Positions 24,680-37,625 of a stretch of DNA of 64,000 nt are shown here, piece by piece (within the stretch, counting starts at the first letter, position 1; every line of letters starts with the position of its first letter). The notes under the pieces were generated by a model, which searched no databases, had not been told where the DNA came from, and saw only the letters and a list, made by a program, of their open reading frames with translations. Position numbers and translations under genes: made by a program. Source of the DNA: Lama glama (lineage: Eukaryota); contig CM052816.1 in NCBI GenBank assembly GCA_028534125.1, positions 78,060,001 through 78,124,000 of the forward strand. The letters are read 5' to 3'.

Positions 24680-25399
24680 ACTATAAGTTATCAAATTTAT
24701 TCCTAACCTCTAGGAAAGAACAGACTATTCCAATGACTCTTACATGTTTTGGCACTGTCCTTAAAGATCATTTTGGATCCAGAGGCTTATCAGAGGGAAC
24801 AATTAGTCTATTTCTGGTCAATTATAAAAAGCTATTTATTGACTCCAATCCTCAATGTTGTAACAATAATGCATATTACAGAATAGGATTTAATTTGTAT
24901 TATATTATTACAGAAAGGAGCATATGACAATGTCCACAGAACAGGCAGCACTGTTTAGAAATTTTGGTTTTAAAATGACTGTTAATGTGTGACTTTAAAT
25001 GTTGCTTTTGCCCTGGATTATATTCAAAATCAAGCATTCAAATCCACAAGCATTAATCAAGCAGTATGTATTTGCTACGCACGGTGAAGAATATTAAACA
25101 GAAGCAAAAGATTAGTAATACAAGACCCCAGTCCTAACAGAATTAATGCAAACTTGGTGAGTTCAGGAATTAACTATCTTGTCAAGGTACAAAGATGAAC
25201 TCAAAATCATCTGTGAGAATGCTCAAATATGCTACACTTAGCTGTCAAACGACAGCAAGGAAATAATTTTGCAAGGAGGAGACTTCACAGAAGAGGGGAC
25301 ATTTGAGAAATATCTTTAAAGAAGACTGAGAGTTCCATAAAACTCCAAGACAAAAAGAAATAAAGGACACTGTTAAGGGGAAGGAACAACTTGTACTTA

Positions 25400-26380
25400 G
25401 AAACAGAGGACAATCCTTCAGACCTCACTTTACCTGATCTTACAGCAGCTTTTGATCCCAACCCTTCTCATATCCTTGACACATTCCCCTGGTTTTGTGA
25501 CACTACACTCTGTTTTCTTCCTACTCTGGTTAATCTTACTCAGTACTCTTTGCAGACTCCTCTTTGTCTCCTACATAATATCATTTCCTCAGAGTTTAGT
25601 CCCCAGACTCTCCCTCTCCCCTCCTTTTTTTAAACAAATGAAAAGCCTTCTGTCTGGCTGCTTCATCTCTCCCCCATGCTTTCAATCACCATATACTCTT
25701 GACTCTCAAAGCTCTATCTCCAGAACAGGTAATTTGAGTTTGAGAGCCAAATAACTGCTATGTTCTGGACATATCTTTAAAATTTCACAAGCACCTCAAA
25801 CTTTACACTTTCAAAGTTAAACTGTCTTCCTCCCAAACCCTCTTCTATCTTGTGATGTCCTTCCACCTAAGTGAACCAGCCAGTCACTTGTCCAAGTCAG
25901 AACTTGGACATTATTCTTGACTCTTCACTCTCCATCACACTCACCATTTATTCAGTCCCTATGTCCTGTCAGTTTTGCCTTTTACTTGAATTCATCTACT
26001 TCTCTCCATCCCAACTGGCTATTGTCCTGATTGATAGTCCCATCACCTCTTGCATAAATTACTGCAAAACCCTCCTAACTAGACTCCCTTGCCTCTGGTC
26101 TTGCTTCCCTCCAAACTACCCTCCACAATGATATGTCTCATTGCATCTTGTGTGACCTAATTCCTAATTACATTCTGAACTTATCTCTTGCCATTAGAAT
26201 CTACATATTCCATATTTCCAGCCATACCCAACCATTTCTGTTGCCTTTAGGTCTTTTCATATACATTCCCATACATAAAATGCTATTGCTATCCTCATTT
26301 TCTGTCTAATTCCCATTCACCCTTTAGATCTAAAATTATATACCATTTCTTCAGGGGAGCCACTGTTCCCCCACTGCTTC
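25400..26380 (+). mobile_element. Degenerate L2 (resumes at about 27373-27470)
   Basis: Pyrimidine-rich tract with caagcacctcaaact, ttcttgactcttcactctcc and ttactgcaaaaccctcctaact; ctagactgtaagctc follows the L1 insert. Confidence 0.7.
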
Positions 26381-26384
26381 CTCT

Positions 26385-27360
26385 TAAGTTTCTTTTTTTT
26401 ACTGAGGTATAATTGACAAATAAAACTGTAATATAAAGTTTATAATGGGATGCTTTGATATAAATAAACATTTTAAAAGGACTCCCACCATCAATTTAAT
26501 TAACTATCATCTTACATATTTACTTTGTGTGTGGGGCCACAGGGGGAGGACACTTAAGCTCTATTCTCAGCAAGTTTCAATTACACAAAACAGTGTTGTC
26601 AACTACAGTCACCATGTTACACACTGGATCCTGAGACCTTATTCATCTTCTAACTGTAAGTTTGTACCGTTTAATAAACCTCTCCCTATTTCTCCCACCC
26701 CTAGCCCCTGACAACCACCATTCTACTTTTTTATGAGTTCTTTTTTTTTTAATATTCCACATTTAAGTGATGCCATGCAGTATTTGTCTTTCTCTGTCTG
26801 GCTCATTTCACTTAGTAATGTCTTCCCAGATTTATCTATGTTATGGCAAATGGCAAGACTTTCTTTTTAATGCTGATTAATATTCTATTGAGCATGTGTG
26901 TGCGTGTGTGTATGTATGTATGTAAATATATATTTTTCTTTATACATTTATACACATTTTCTTTATACATTCATCCACTGACAGACACTTAGGTAGTTTC
27001 CATACCTTGGCTATTGTGAATAATACTGCAATGAACATGTATGTGCAAATATCTCTTCAGGATAAGGATTTTATTGCCTTAGGTATATAACCAGAAGTGG
27101 GAATGCTGGACCATATGGTAGTTCTGTTTTTAATTTCCTGAGGAACCTCCATACTGTTTTCCACAGTGGCTGCACCAGTTTACATTCCCACTAACAGTGT
27201 AGGAGTGTTCCCTTTTCTCCACATCCTTGCCAGCATTTGTTATTTCTTGTCTTTTGGATAACAGACATCCTAACAGGTGTGAGGTGATATCACATTGTGG
27301 CTTTGACTTACATTTCCCTGGTGATTAGTGATGTTGTACACCTTTTAATGTACCTGCCCA
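26385..27360 (-). mobile_element. L1 (L1MA-like) 3' portion with TSD
   Basis: Poly-T head, gcagtatttgtctttctctgtctggctcatttcacttag, ccataccttggctattgtgaataa; perfect 12-bp TSD actgcttcctct at 26373-26384 and 27361-27372. Confidence 0.9.
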
Positions 27361-30300
27361 ACTGCTTCCTCTCATGTGTTCCTATCCGACTATATTTTAA
27401 TTTGCAGTTTACTTGTCAGTATCTTCCTAGACTGTAAGCTCACAAAAGCCCTTGGCACATTGCCTATGCATACCCTAAGAGCTCTAAAACTATTTGTGCT
27501 ATGGCTAAACAAATGATGAGGAAATCCTTAACACATTTCATCAAAACACTGAGCACACATAAGATTTTAAAAATGGGTACAGGATGACAGGGGACTTCCT
27601 GCAGTTCCCCTTCTAATAAGGTCAACAGGACAGATAATATATGAAATACTACTGTAAAGAGAAACCAAAAGCATTGAAAAAGATTTGAAAGAGGGTAATT
27701 CCATTCATTTTCTTTAGAGTCACACTGCAAAAGGCATAGACACAAAGAGAGAAAAATCAAGCTCATTTTTCACAATCAATCTCAAGCACCCTATTTGGAT
27801 CTATATGTGTATCTACCGATGAGTAAGTACAGTTCAGTATATCATATTCACAATGATTATTCTGATTCAGCCTGGAGTTAAATAACAGTATACTATAGGC
27901 AGATAAGTGCATTGTAAAAAGCTTTCCATGATCAGAATGAAGGTTATAAGATTTACAGTAGATAACTCGCTTTACTGTGGTGTCACTCCCCCATGGATTT
28001 CAGAGAATAGTGTTTTTACTGCAGTGCACTCTGTTTGTTCACTGTGACTGCTATCAACAAGCCTGAGAAAGTAACAGAACAGCTCACTGTATCACCAGAG
28101 AAAGGATTCAATTAAAATAAACAAGGGCTAAGCCCAAGTCAGATCTTTTTCATATAGAGAAAAACTTGTATTTATATAATTCAGGAAAAGGACCAAGCCA
28201 TGGACTCACTTTCTAAACACCTGCACACAGAGATAAAATTCTCTAGAACACTGATGGAATCATTCACCAGACTCTTATACCATAAGGAGCCAGGTGAATT
28301 GATAGGTAGGAATAAACCTGGAAACCTACCAGAAAGAAAATTAGATTAAAATGAAAAAAATACACTCATATGCACAAACTAGTATTAGTAAGGTATTTTT
28401 CAGCAACCACAAAAACTACGCTGGCCTTGAATAGGTAAATAGAAACCAGACCAAATTACAGATAAGCTTGAAAGCATGCAGATCTTCAAATCCAAAGATA
28501 TTACTGGGTGCACTTGATCCTTAGACTATGTGGCCTAGTTTTGCTGGATGACCCTCTAATTTCTGAAAAGTGCTACAGGATCCTCCTGACAACGACCTCT
28601 CCTAACTCTAGCATGGGAACTCTTAGCATTTCCGATGCGGATTTCAGAGACAAAGATAGAACACTGAGACCTGCCAAGGCAGAAAAGGATATCACTTTCA
28701 AAGGTTAAAAAAAATCCCACCCCCCCTTTTTTTCTGATGACTACCCAATTACACAAGCCAGGCATGATAACCGGGAACAGTGAAAGAAGTCTTCTACAGA
28801 AATGGACAAAACTGCCTGTTCAAACTCAGCGAAAAAAAAAAAATGCATGGGACACCACAATGAAATGTATCTTTTGGAGGCTGCACACAGTATAGCTAAT
28901 TTAGCATGAAAAAATTTTTTTGAATATAAAACAAAAACTTAGCCCCTCATTACATTATTAGCATTTCTTATCAGGGCCTACTTTTATAATATTAAAACAG
29001 CATAGCTTTTTGTTTTCTTATTTTGCATAAGAGCATCAAGTTATACAAGAGATTTATTCTTAAAAATCTGTAGGCAGAACAAAATTTTGTAAAGTAAAAC
29101 TCACTCTTCCTCTGAGAGTTATTATTAAAATCCAACCTGTGTATCTATATATAAGCATTCTCCTGAGACAACGATTTAGGTTATATTTTTGTGTACCACA
29201 ATGAAAGTTGTAGTGTGATGTCCACTTTTATGATGATCCTCATTTTCCACCTGCCCAGCTGATTTAGGTTTCAAGCATCTCTTGTCAATATCTAGCAATA
29301 TTTCAGTCCTCTTGTTTATTTACAATTCAAAAATAATGTTTTCATTTTATATTCAAAGGAGAAATCTTAAAGCATGAATTCAAGAATGGAGTATTTGTTC
29401 AGCCTATGGGTTCTTCTAGTATCTTAGCTGTTGAAAGCATTTGCCATTGCTCATTACTACAGAGACAGTGAAAAAGAGCTACAATAGGAAAAGTCACAGT
29501 AAACTATTACCTGTGTTTGCAGACCCCGGGTTTTGTCATTGTTTCCCAAAAAGAGTCAGAGAAGTCTTACACTGATGCTCCTAAAACAGATCTTTCTCTC
29601 AGAATTTTTATATAATCAATTTCACAACATCTTTTTCACTCCATATACATGTTGGAGTTTTACACAATAACAGTCTTTGGATGTCTCTGACAGGTCTCAG
29701 CTGAACTAAATCCCAGATGAACTACAGAGCAGATCTCTACAATAATAAAATCCTCAGTATACCTGCCAACTTCAAAAACTATTCCCTTTATTTCTCACTA
29801 TCAATCCCTGATTTAAACCAGGTAAAACTAGACTAACCTTGCATGACAGGCACATATTTGTGATTATTAACCTAATAGTCATTCAAATAATCAGGTGCCC
29901 AAAGTCACATAGCTGGCAACAACCTTAAGTTGCCTGCATTAGTGAGTAAAAATGCATGATCTGTAAAGAATGTCAAATGTTTGTGTACAAAAAAGGAATG
30001 TTTCTAAGATTGAGAAAAAATGCAAAGTTTATTTTAAAGTATTTTAAACAGAAATTCTATTATAACTGCTATGTAAATACTTATTTGTACCATGAGAGAA
30101 AGGTATTCTAAGCAAAGATAAATACAATAAAGGTCATTTTATTTATCCCAACTTGGGAGTTAAAGGAAAGAAACATTTATCTCAAATTTTCAGAAATAAA
30201 AACAAAAAGAGAGGTAACAACAAAATTTTACCAAATAATAGGTAATCAACAATATACTACTATGTCTAATTAAAACATATGATGACAAATTACTGTTTAC

Positions 30301-30449
30301 AACATGAGGGAAATACAACCTAGTAACACACTGCTACAAATATTTAATAATATAGAACTTAATTACATAACTTCATTAACATGAAGGATCAGTGGTATTA
30401 AACTACTATTTACTTGAACTTCAGTGCAACATTTTAGAATTCAAAAAGT

Positions 30450-30675
30450 AACATAAAGTAGATTAATAGTTGTCACAGGTTGAGGGATGGGGAAAATGGG
30501 CAGTAATTGCCAATGAGTATGGGATTTCATTTTGGAGCATTGAAATTACTCTAAAAATTAGGTACGTAAATGGTTGTACAACTCTTCAAATATACTAAAA
30601 ACCAATGAACTGTACATTTTAAAAAGGTAAATTTTATGATATGTGAGTTATTTCTCAATAAAGTTACCATAAAAA
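30450..30675 (+). mobile_element. Old L1M 3'UTR end
   Basis: aaagtagattaatagttg...tggttgtacaactc...gaactgtacattttaaaaaggt...tctcaataaag. Confidence 0.8.
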
Positions 30676-31821
30676 GCAAATAATGCTAAACACTTTTATT
30701 ACCTATGTGAACTTAGAAAATAATTATCTATTCCAGGGTAATATGCAGAGCATATTCAAATCTTCTATCTGTAAACTTCTTTGTGTATTATTTTCTAGGA
30801 AATTATCTCCCTGAGGGGTTACTCTGATGCTTTAAATATCCACAGGCTTCTAAATAACTCTTTAAAATATAGAAATGACACTAAACATTGAAGATTTTGA
30901 CATCTTGACGAACCCACTTTTTTTTAAGGGTTTAAATTCCAGTGGGCTACATAATATAAAGACACCTGTTTTCCTGGGAATTAGCAGTTGTAAATACAGA
31001 CAACATAAGTAATTTCACACATCAAGCTGATGTGTAATAAAATAAATCTACTCAAGGTTCTTCTTTCAACAAGATAACAGACTCTAACGATAAATGACTA
31101 CAGCTCATCTTGTTAAGATCAAAAGGGAATGACTTTTGCAGCAAAATATGCCTACCAGCTAAGCTATTTCACCAGCTCAGTTGCTAATGACACAAAAGCA
31201 GTCTTGCACCAAGCAGCAAAAAGAAGAAAGAAGGGATTCTCAAAAGACCTGATTTGTCAAGGATGTCAATTGCTTTGTAACTTTTATTTAGATTTTAGAG
31301 TTTTATGTAACCAGATGAATATTATCTGAATTGTGCTGACAACACAATAAATTTTTCCTTAACTTGTAAGCTCTCTGCAGATATTTCAAATCCACCAAAA
31401 CTAGAGCTATACTAACAGGTCCTTCTTTTTGTTACCTTCTAATATCAGAGCCAATATGCCACAACTGGGACATCAAGAAAGAGCAAGATGTATAAGACCA
31501 CCTTCTGGCTATCATATCATATAAATGTTAAACAAAGCAGTTCATTTTGTGGTGATGCTATTTCAGAAAGGCTAAAATAGTTTATTTTGTATTTAAATTT
31601 TAACTACAAGAGCTACTGCAAATGTTTATGCATAAAAACATGAGCTGCACTTACACTGCCTTTGAAATAAAACAAACATAATTAGAAAAATGTAAATGTC
31701 AACAGAAAAAAACTTTTCTAAAACTGTGATTCAGAAACACACCAAAGAAAAAAGATAAAGTGCTATTAGTAAAAACTATAACTAGCAGTATAAACAGAAA
31801 ATTTTATTCTTTTTTATATCA

Positions 31822-31941
31822 TAAATTTTATCATTAGCTCTCATACAGCTGTCATACCAATTGTAGCCTCACAATTTCACTAAATTTTATCATTAGATCT
31901 CATACAGCTGTCATACCAATTGTAGCCTCACAATTTCACTA
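31822..31941. repeat. 59-bp direct tandem duplication
   Basis: 31822-31880 versus 31881-31939, one mismatch (tagctc/tagatc). Confidence 0.97.
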
Positions 31942-34900
31942 GAAGAGAAGAAAAGGAACCTTTTTTCTATGCCCAGTCTAAAGAGCTAAGGTTCCTCCAA
32001 AACTACCTAACATGCCCACATAACGGTTGATAGGAAACTTAAGTCTCAAAGCCACTGAGTAGCTTGTAGGTTTCAAACCTAAGTCTTCTGACTTTTCTAG
32101 AATGTCATCATAAAAAATAAAGAAAATTTTCCACTTGACTACACAAAATCTGATTATCCATTTGGTATCATCTACTCATATCTAGACCCCAGGACCATAA
32201 GTGCATTTGGGTCCCCCCCTATTCACGGGGAACCTAGAATGCCTGCCCTATCCCATTCCCTTCAAACGCCTCTTTCTTCTTTGTCACTGTTTCCTTCAGC
32301 CTTAATTCTCTAAACTTATGAGTTCTTTCTTCCTTTTTCACACTAAAACATTAAATAATTTTTATAGACGTATATAGCAAATGCACTTCCAACTTTAGAT
32401 GCTATGTTTATGTTAAATCAACAGAGAGAACTTTTCTAGTTTATTACTAAAAACCAATATGTCATAATATACACTATAATAATAAGAATTCTACCCACCA
32501 GAGGATTAAGCTTTGCCAATACAATGAGACCTGCTTTATAAAAATAACTCTCATAATGATATGGCCTGTTGCCGAGACCCTCCTACAGCAGATCCTGTCC
32601 TTGTTGGGGACAAAACAAGCCTTAGCACCATGCCAACATAACAGCTGCCAAAAATGAATTCTTCCTGATTCTGGAGAACCGTCACTCCATTTTCCTACCA
32701 AGGTACCTAACCTTATCTACTGTGACCATGTTTTTTGATTAAGTATCTCATACAAATATTTTATTCAATTTTAATTAAATAGTTGTTTTATTAACACAGT
32801 GTGTGCCATCTCTATATCAATTAGTGAGGAAGACTTTATTTCTAAAGGAATTAAAAATATGGATTTATATGTTGACCAAAATAATCTTATCTCTCCACTT
32901 TCTATATTTAATTCTATTTTTCTAGAACTTTGAGAAAGCCTACAGAGGATACAAGAAGTACAAAATATTCCTCCTTCATGGCACTTAAAGTAATATTTAA
33001 AGAGATAATTTTAACAGAGTTAAAAATAATTAGAAAACACTTAAGTGAATGGTACTACAGATTTTATTTCCTAATGATCTTTCTCCTGCAATAGCCATGA
33101 GGTAAGGCATGGTGAGTCTGCAATGGCCCATCATAGCCAACCTTCTTAGTAGATCTCCCCCAACAGTATGTATAATAGACCATCTGTCTTATGAAATTAA
33201 AGGAAGTATGACGTTGATATAGTAATAGTAAACATACACATGAGCCTGCCAGTCATGGATACATGTACCAACCACATGGCTGGCTCAGCCAAAGCCACTG
33301 CCTGACTAGATAAACTGCTTTGACTTGTATTTTTTTTTTCCCTCAAGATTGACTTCTCTAAGCTTTGCTCATATAATAAAATAAATGATGAATAGTTGGT
33401 GGGGTGGCCTGGGAAAGCCCAGTGACTCCAACTGTCACAAAACTTCTAACATATAGAACTAGTCCATTTTTTATAATGAACTACTAAAGCAACTCAGACA
33501 GGTTCACTTATAATTTGAGATACGTAGTACACTAGTTTGAATAAACACTATAGCAACTGGCAATAACTAAGAAACACAATTTCATGTTCTGCAAAGAGCA
33601 TGTAATTTGAAGATGTGAAACAGCATAAAAGATAAAAAGGAAAAGTGTCAATCTGACAGAGACCGATAATAGCTCATATTTGGCTTACCAAACAATCTCT
33701 CAAATTTGAATTTAAATCAAGAATCCTGGGAAAGAGGATATACTGTAGCTTATAAACTGTACATCTTAAAAGAAGGAGCTGAACTAAATGATCTAGCTCT
33801 CGTTAAAACTGTGTAACTTCAACTAAGGAAAAATATATGGCACAACAGGTCAGAGAGAGGCCATTGAATACAGTAAAAAAGGAAATAATCCATTGTAAGT
33901 CAGTGCTTAATCCATAATGGTTTTGAAGAATATCTGGCTCTGACCTAGTCCCCCAAACCACTACAATGTTGGTTTTTTACAATATTCACATCAAAAATAA
34001 ACGTAGTCTCTGTACTTCTCTATCTTGAATTACATAAACTCATAATTCAAGCTACTTTGGGAACACTCAGTTATTAATGGCTTTTCTTGGTTTTAAATTC
34101 TCCCCATAACTAGCTTTGCTTAAATTGGCCACTTAAAATATCACAATTTTGTTCTGCTTTCAAAAGTGAAGCATTATTAAAAAAAAACCATAAAAGTTCT
34201 TTTAAAAAGTCATAAACATAAGCAATAAATAGAGGGAAGCAGAGGTTCATCAGTCAAAGCAAAACAAAATACATAACCAAAAGGAGTTAAAAAATTTTTC
34301 TGAAAAATTTTAATATAAGAAAAACAAAACTAGTTTAGTGCTATTAAAGAATAACAAGAGCCAATCCATAGTCTCCCAAGCTTTCAAAAAGCCTTATATA
34401 TTTCTACTGATTAACACCTTTCCAGCAACCAAATAACACCAAAGTTAGGTATTTCTTTACAACTTGATAGGAGTATGCTCTGGATTAATATTTGTTGTAG
34501 AGAGAGATGAAGGAGGAGGAGCATGGCGGAAGGAAGAAGAGAGAGGGGAAAAATGGGGACGGGGAGGGGATGGAAATGGAGGAGTGACAAAAAGCAGAGA
34601 AGGGGAAGAATGAATGAGAAGCGGTAAGTGATGCCACGTTCAATACATCTTGCTTGAAGATAGGGTAAGAATACACATAATTATGAGAATAAGTATCCAA
34701 GGAGATAAATTATTAACATTCTAGCTAAGGGTAGGGTGGTGGCAGGTATAAGGGGCAAAAAAAGCAACAAAACTAGGCCTACCAGCCTAAGAATGAGATC
34801 CCTATGGAGCCACCTGCTTTTCTCTACTGAAGAATTAAAACATATCTCTACAAATAACATAGATGGCTGGTAGATAAGGAAGAACAGGGGAATAAGCGTT

Positions 34901-35704
34901 CACCAAGGGGTTATTTAATAATCAAAGGAAAATATTAAATATACTGAGTTCAAAATAAAAAATTTAGGGCCAATAGATATTAACATGGCAACTATACACA
35001 ATACAGTAGCTTTAAATAGTAAACGGCAAACTGTCAGAAAATCTAGACAGATTACATCATAGTAAGTACTCCTAAATAAATGTCTAATATCTTTTTTAAG
35101 TTTGACATTCTAAAGGGCTTTCTGTGCATCTAAAAATGACCAATATTCTTACAGGATGTTACTGCTAATGGAACTTGAACAGCCAATGCACTCAACATAA
35201 GTAGAGTGAAACAGAGTGGTCATGCTAATTCTTACAGAAACTGTATTAAGAATACTATTAATATTGAGATATAAATATAATTATAAATTAATGTATATAA
35301 TACATAATATATTTCAAAATAAACCCCAAGAGAAAATCTAAATTAGATGTTCACACAATGAAAATCTAAATAATTCATTTTTTTAACTATATAGCCAACA
35401 TTGCAGGGCAGATTAAGTGATGTAAGAATTAGTCACGGAAAATGCTTATTTAATAAGATACTCAGAATTATCATGAACCAAAATAAAATTCTTATTAGAG
35501 GATGCTTAACATTTGAAACTATATAGTTACCAAAAGCCCACTGACACTACCACAACTTTGAAACGTTCCTCTTACCAGTAAGATTATAGCACCTCCCACA
35601 TTTTGCCAAAGTGCATCTCCAGAGCAACGCAATGATTTCATATTTCTACACAAAAAGTAGATGAGGAAGAGAAGGCAACAGGAAGGAAGGATCTTGCAAT
35701 TGCC

Positions 35705-35800
35705 CAACCTGTCTTGTGAGAGAATTAAATGAGTTAATACATACAAAGTGTTTAGAAGAGTGATCTGGCACAAAGCAAGCACTCAGTAACACCGGCTATT
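35705..35800 (+). mobile_element. MIR 3' fragment
   Basis: tgtgagagaattaaatgagttaatacatacaaagtgtttagaagagtgatctggcaca. Confidence 0.7.
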
Positions 35801-37384
35801 ACTCTCACACAAATATAGTGTCTTACAGAAGTCTCAGTCTCCATAAACTATCTAAGAAGAATAAATAGCCCATATTTGGTAAACTCACAGTTGATCTCAG
35901 GGTCAGTGCCTTGCCAATGCTCTTCAAGGCCCATCGCATTAATTACAACAGCTACTTGGGTGGTCATTAACATGAGCGATTTTGTTAAACTTTTTAAAAA
36001 ATGAACTTTATAAATGTCAAGCACTAGTTCTGCTGTTTTGAAACAACAGCTAACTTCTCATCATGCTGGCTAATCATATATTTCATTTCACGATATAAGT
36101 ATTATGCACTACCAGATAGAGTCAATTCAACATAACTGACCTTTTCCTTTGGAAGTTACTCAGGTTGTGTCTAAAAACAAAATAGTTTAGAAATGATTCT
36201 AATGTATAATTTCATTTCAAAAATAAAATAAAAATATTAAGTCCTGTGAAACCCCTCAGTAATATATACTTCCTAATGTAACACTAAGTTGGACATAAAG
36301 CAATTGGAAGTTGAGCCCAATCCTCTATAACATGCTCACCCTATGGACTCTATGAAAAAAGATTAACTCATATCATTATATTATATGTACTGATTATACT
36401 GTGAATTGGGTTGGGCTTTTCCTGGCAAAACGTAATGGATTTTTCCAATGCATTTATTGCCTGCAATTCTAGCAGCTGCCATTAGGTGGTGCCTGCTAAT
36501 GGGAGCTAAGAAGAGAAGTAAAGCACATGATAAAATTCTATAAACAAAACAATATTTTATCATGAATCTTCATAATAAAATATAGTTAACTATTCGCTAT
36601 AAGATGAGGTTGGTTATATAAAAGTATAATTTGAAATAATACAAACAATTCTCTACACATATTTAAACTTTGTTTATTTCTTTCCAGTAAGTTTTTATAA
36701 AAATCTGTAACTGATAACCTAGAAGGTAACAGCCTAGAGTTTCTTCTGTTCACTGTTTGTGCTTGTTCTTGCCTTTCTATGACCATTTTAAGACTTCTGG
36801 GATTTAGAGTTTGGTATAAAATCCTACTGGTGCCTGGAATTATTTTCATTTAACTACTCTCCTAGAAGACTTCTATTCATCCTTCAACTCTCAACTCAAA
36901 TATTATTTCCTTTGTGAAGCTTCCCCTAAGCACCCAAAGAGCTTACTCAAAATCTGTCACAGAGCTTGAGGCAGGTGGACCTAAGAATAATCCTCAGTTA
37001 GCCCTCTATAACACCGTGGGCCAGGACATAAACATGCATTCTATGAGCTAGTGATGGTGGACTATGACCAGGATTAAATCAGCCTATAAAGCCAGACAGT
37101 TCTTCACAGGCCGAGATCTGGTAGAGTCATGCTATTTTCCACAATAACTCTTAAACAGGTACATGGCTTAGCATCTGTCTTTGGTGGTGTTCGTGGAGAG
37201 AAAAAACAATCTGAATGTATAGAGTATTTCACTAAACCAGGGGGAAAGTTAGCATTCTTGTAGCATATGAAAAGTTCACAACAAATTAATTAACCAAATG
37301 AATCAATTCTCTGCTGTGGAAAACTGTTGTTAAAGCAATACATCCATAATCTGTGAGAGATATAAACCTTCCCACGACACTAAC

Positions 37385-37625
37385 AATAACAATAGTAACA
37401 GAAATAACTGACAAGTGCTACTATGAGGACACCATTCTAAGCACTTTAGGTATATAAATTCATCTAATCCTCACACAATCCCATTTTACAGAAGACGAAG
37501 CAGAAGCATGGAGACACTAAATAACTTGCCAAAGGTCACACAGCTAGTTTTCTGGCAGAGTCCGGATTCAAACCTGCATAGTCCAGCTCCAGGGTCCATG
37601 CTGAGAACTACATTTTACTGCCTTG
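37385..37625 (-). mobile_element. MIR
   Basis: catctaatcctcac...cccattttacaga...aataacttgccaaaggtcacacagctagt...ggattcaaacc. Confidence 0.8.

Noticed and set aside
23882..24927. ORFs of 181-274 aa
   Set aside because: Their length comes from the 500-N gap; the real part is L1 ORF2
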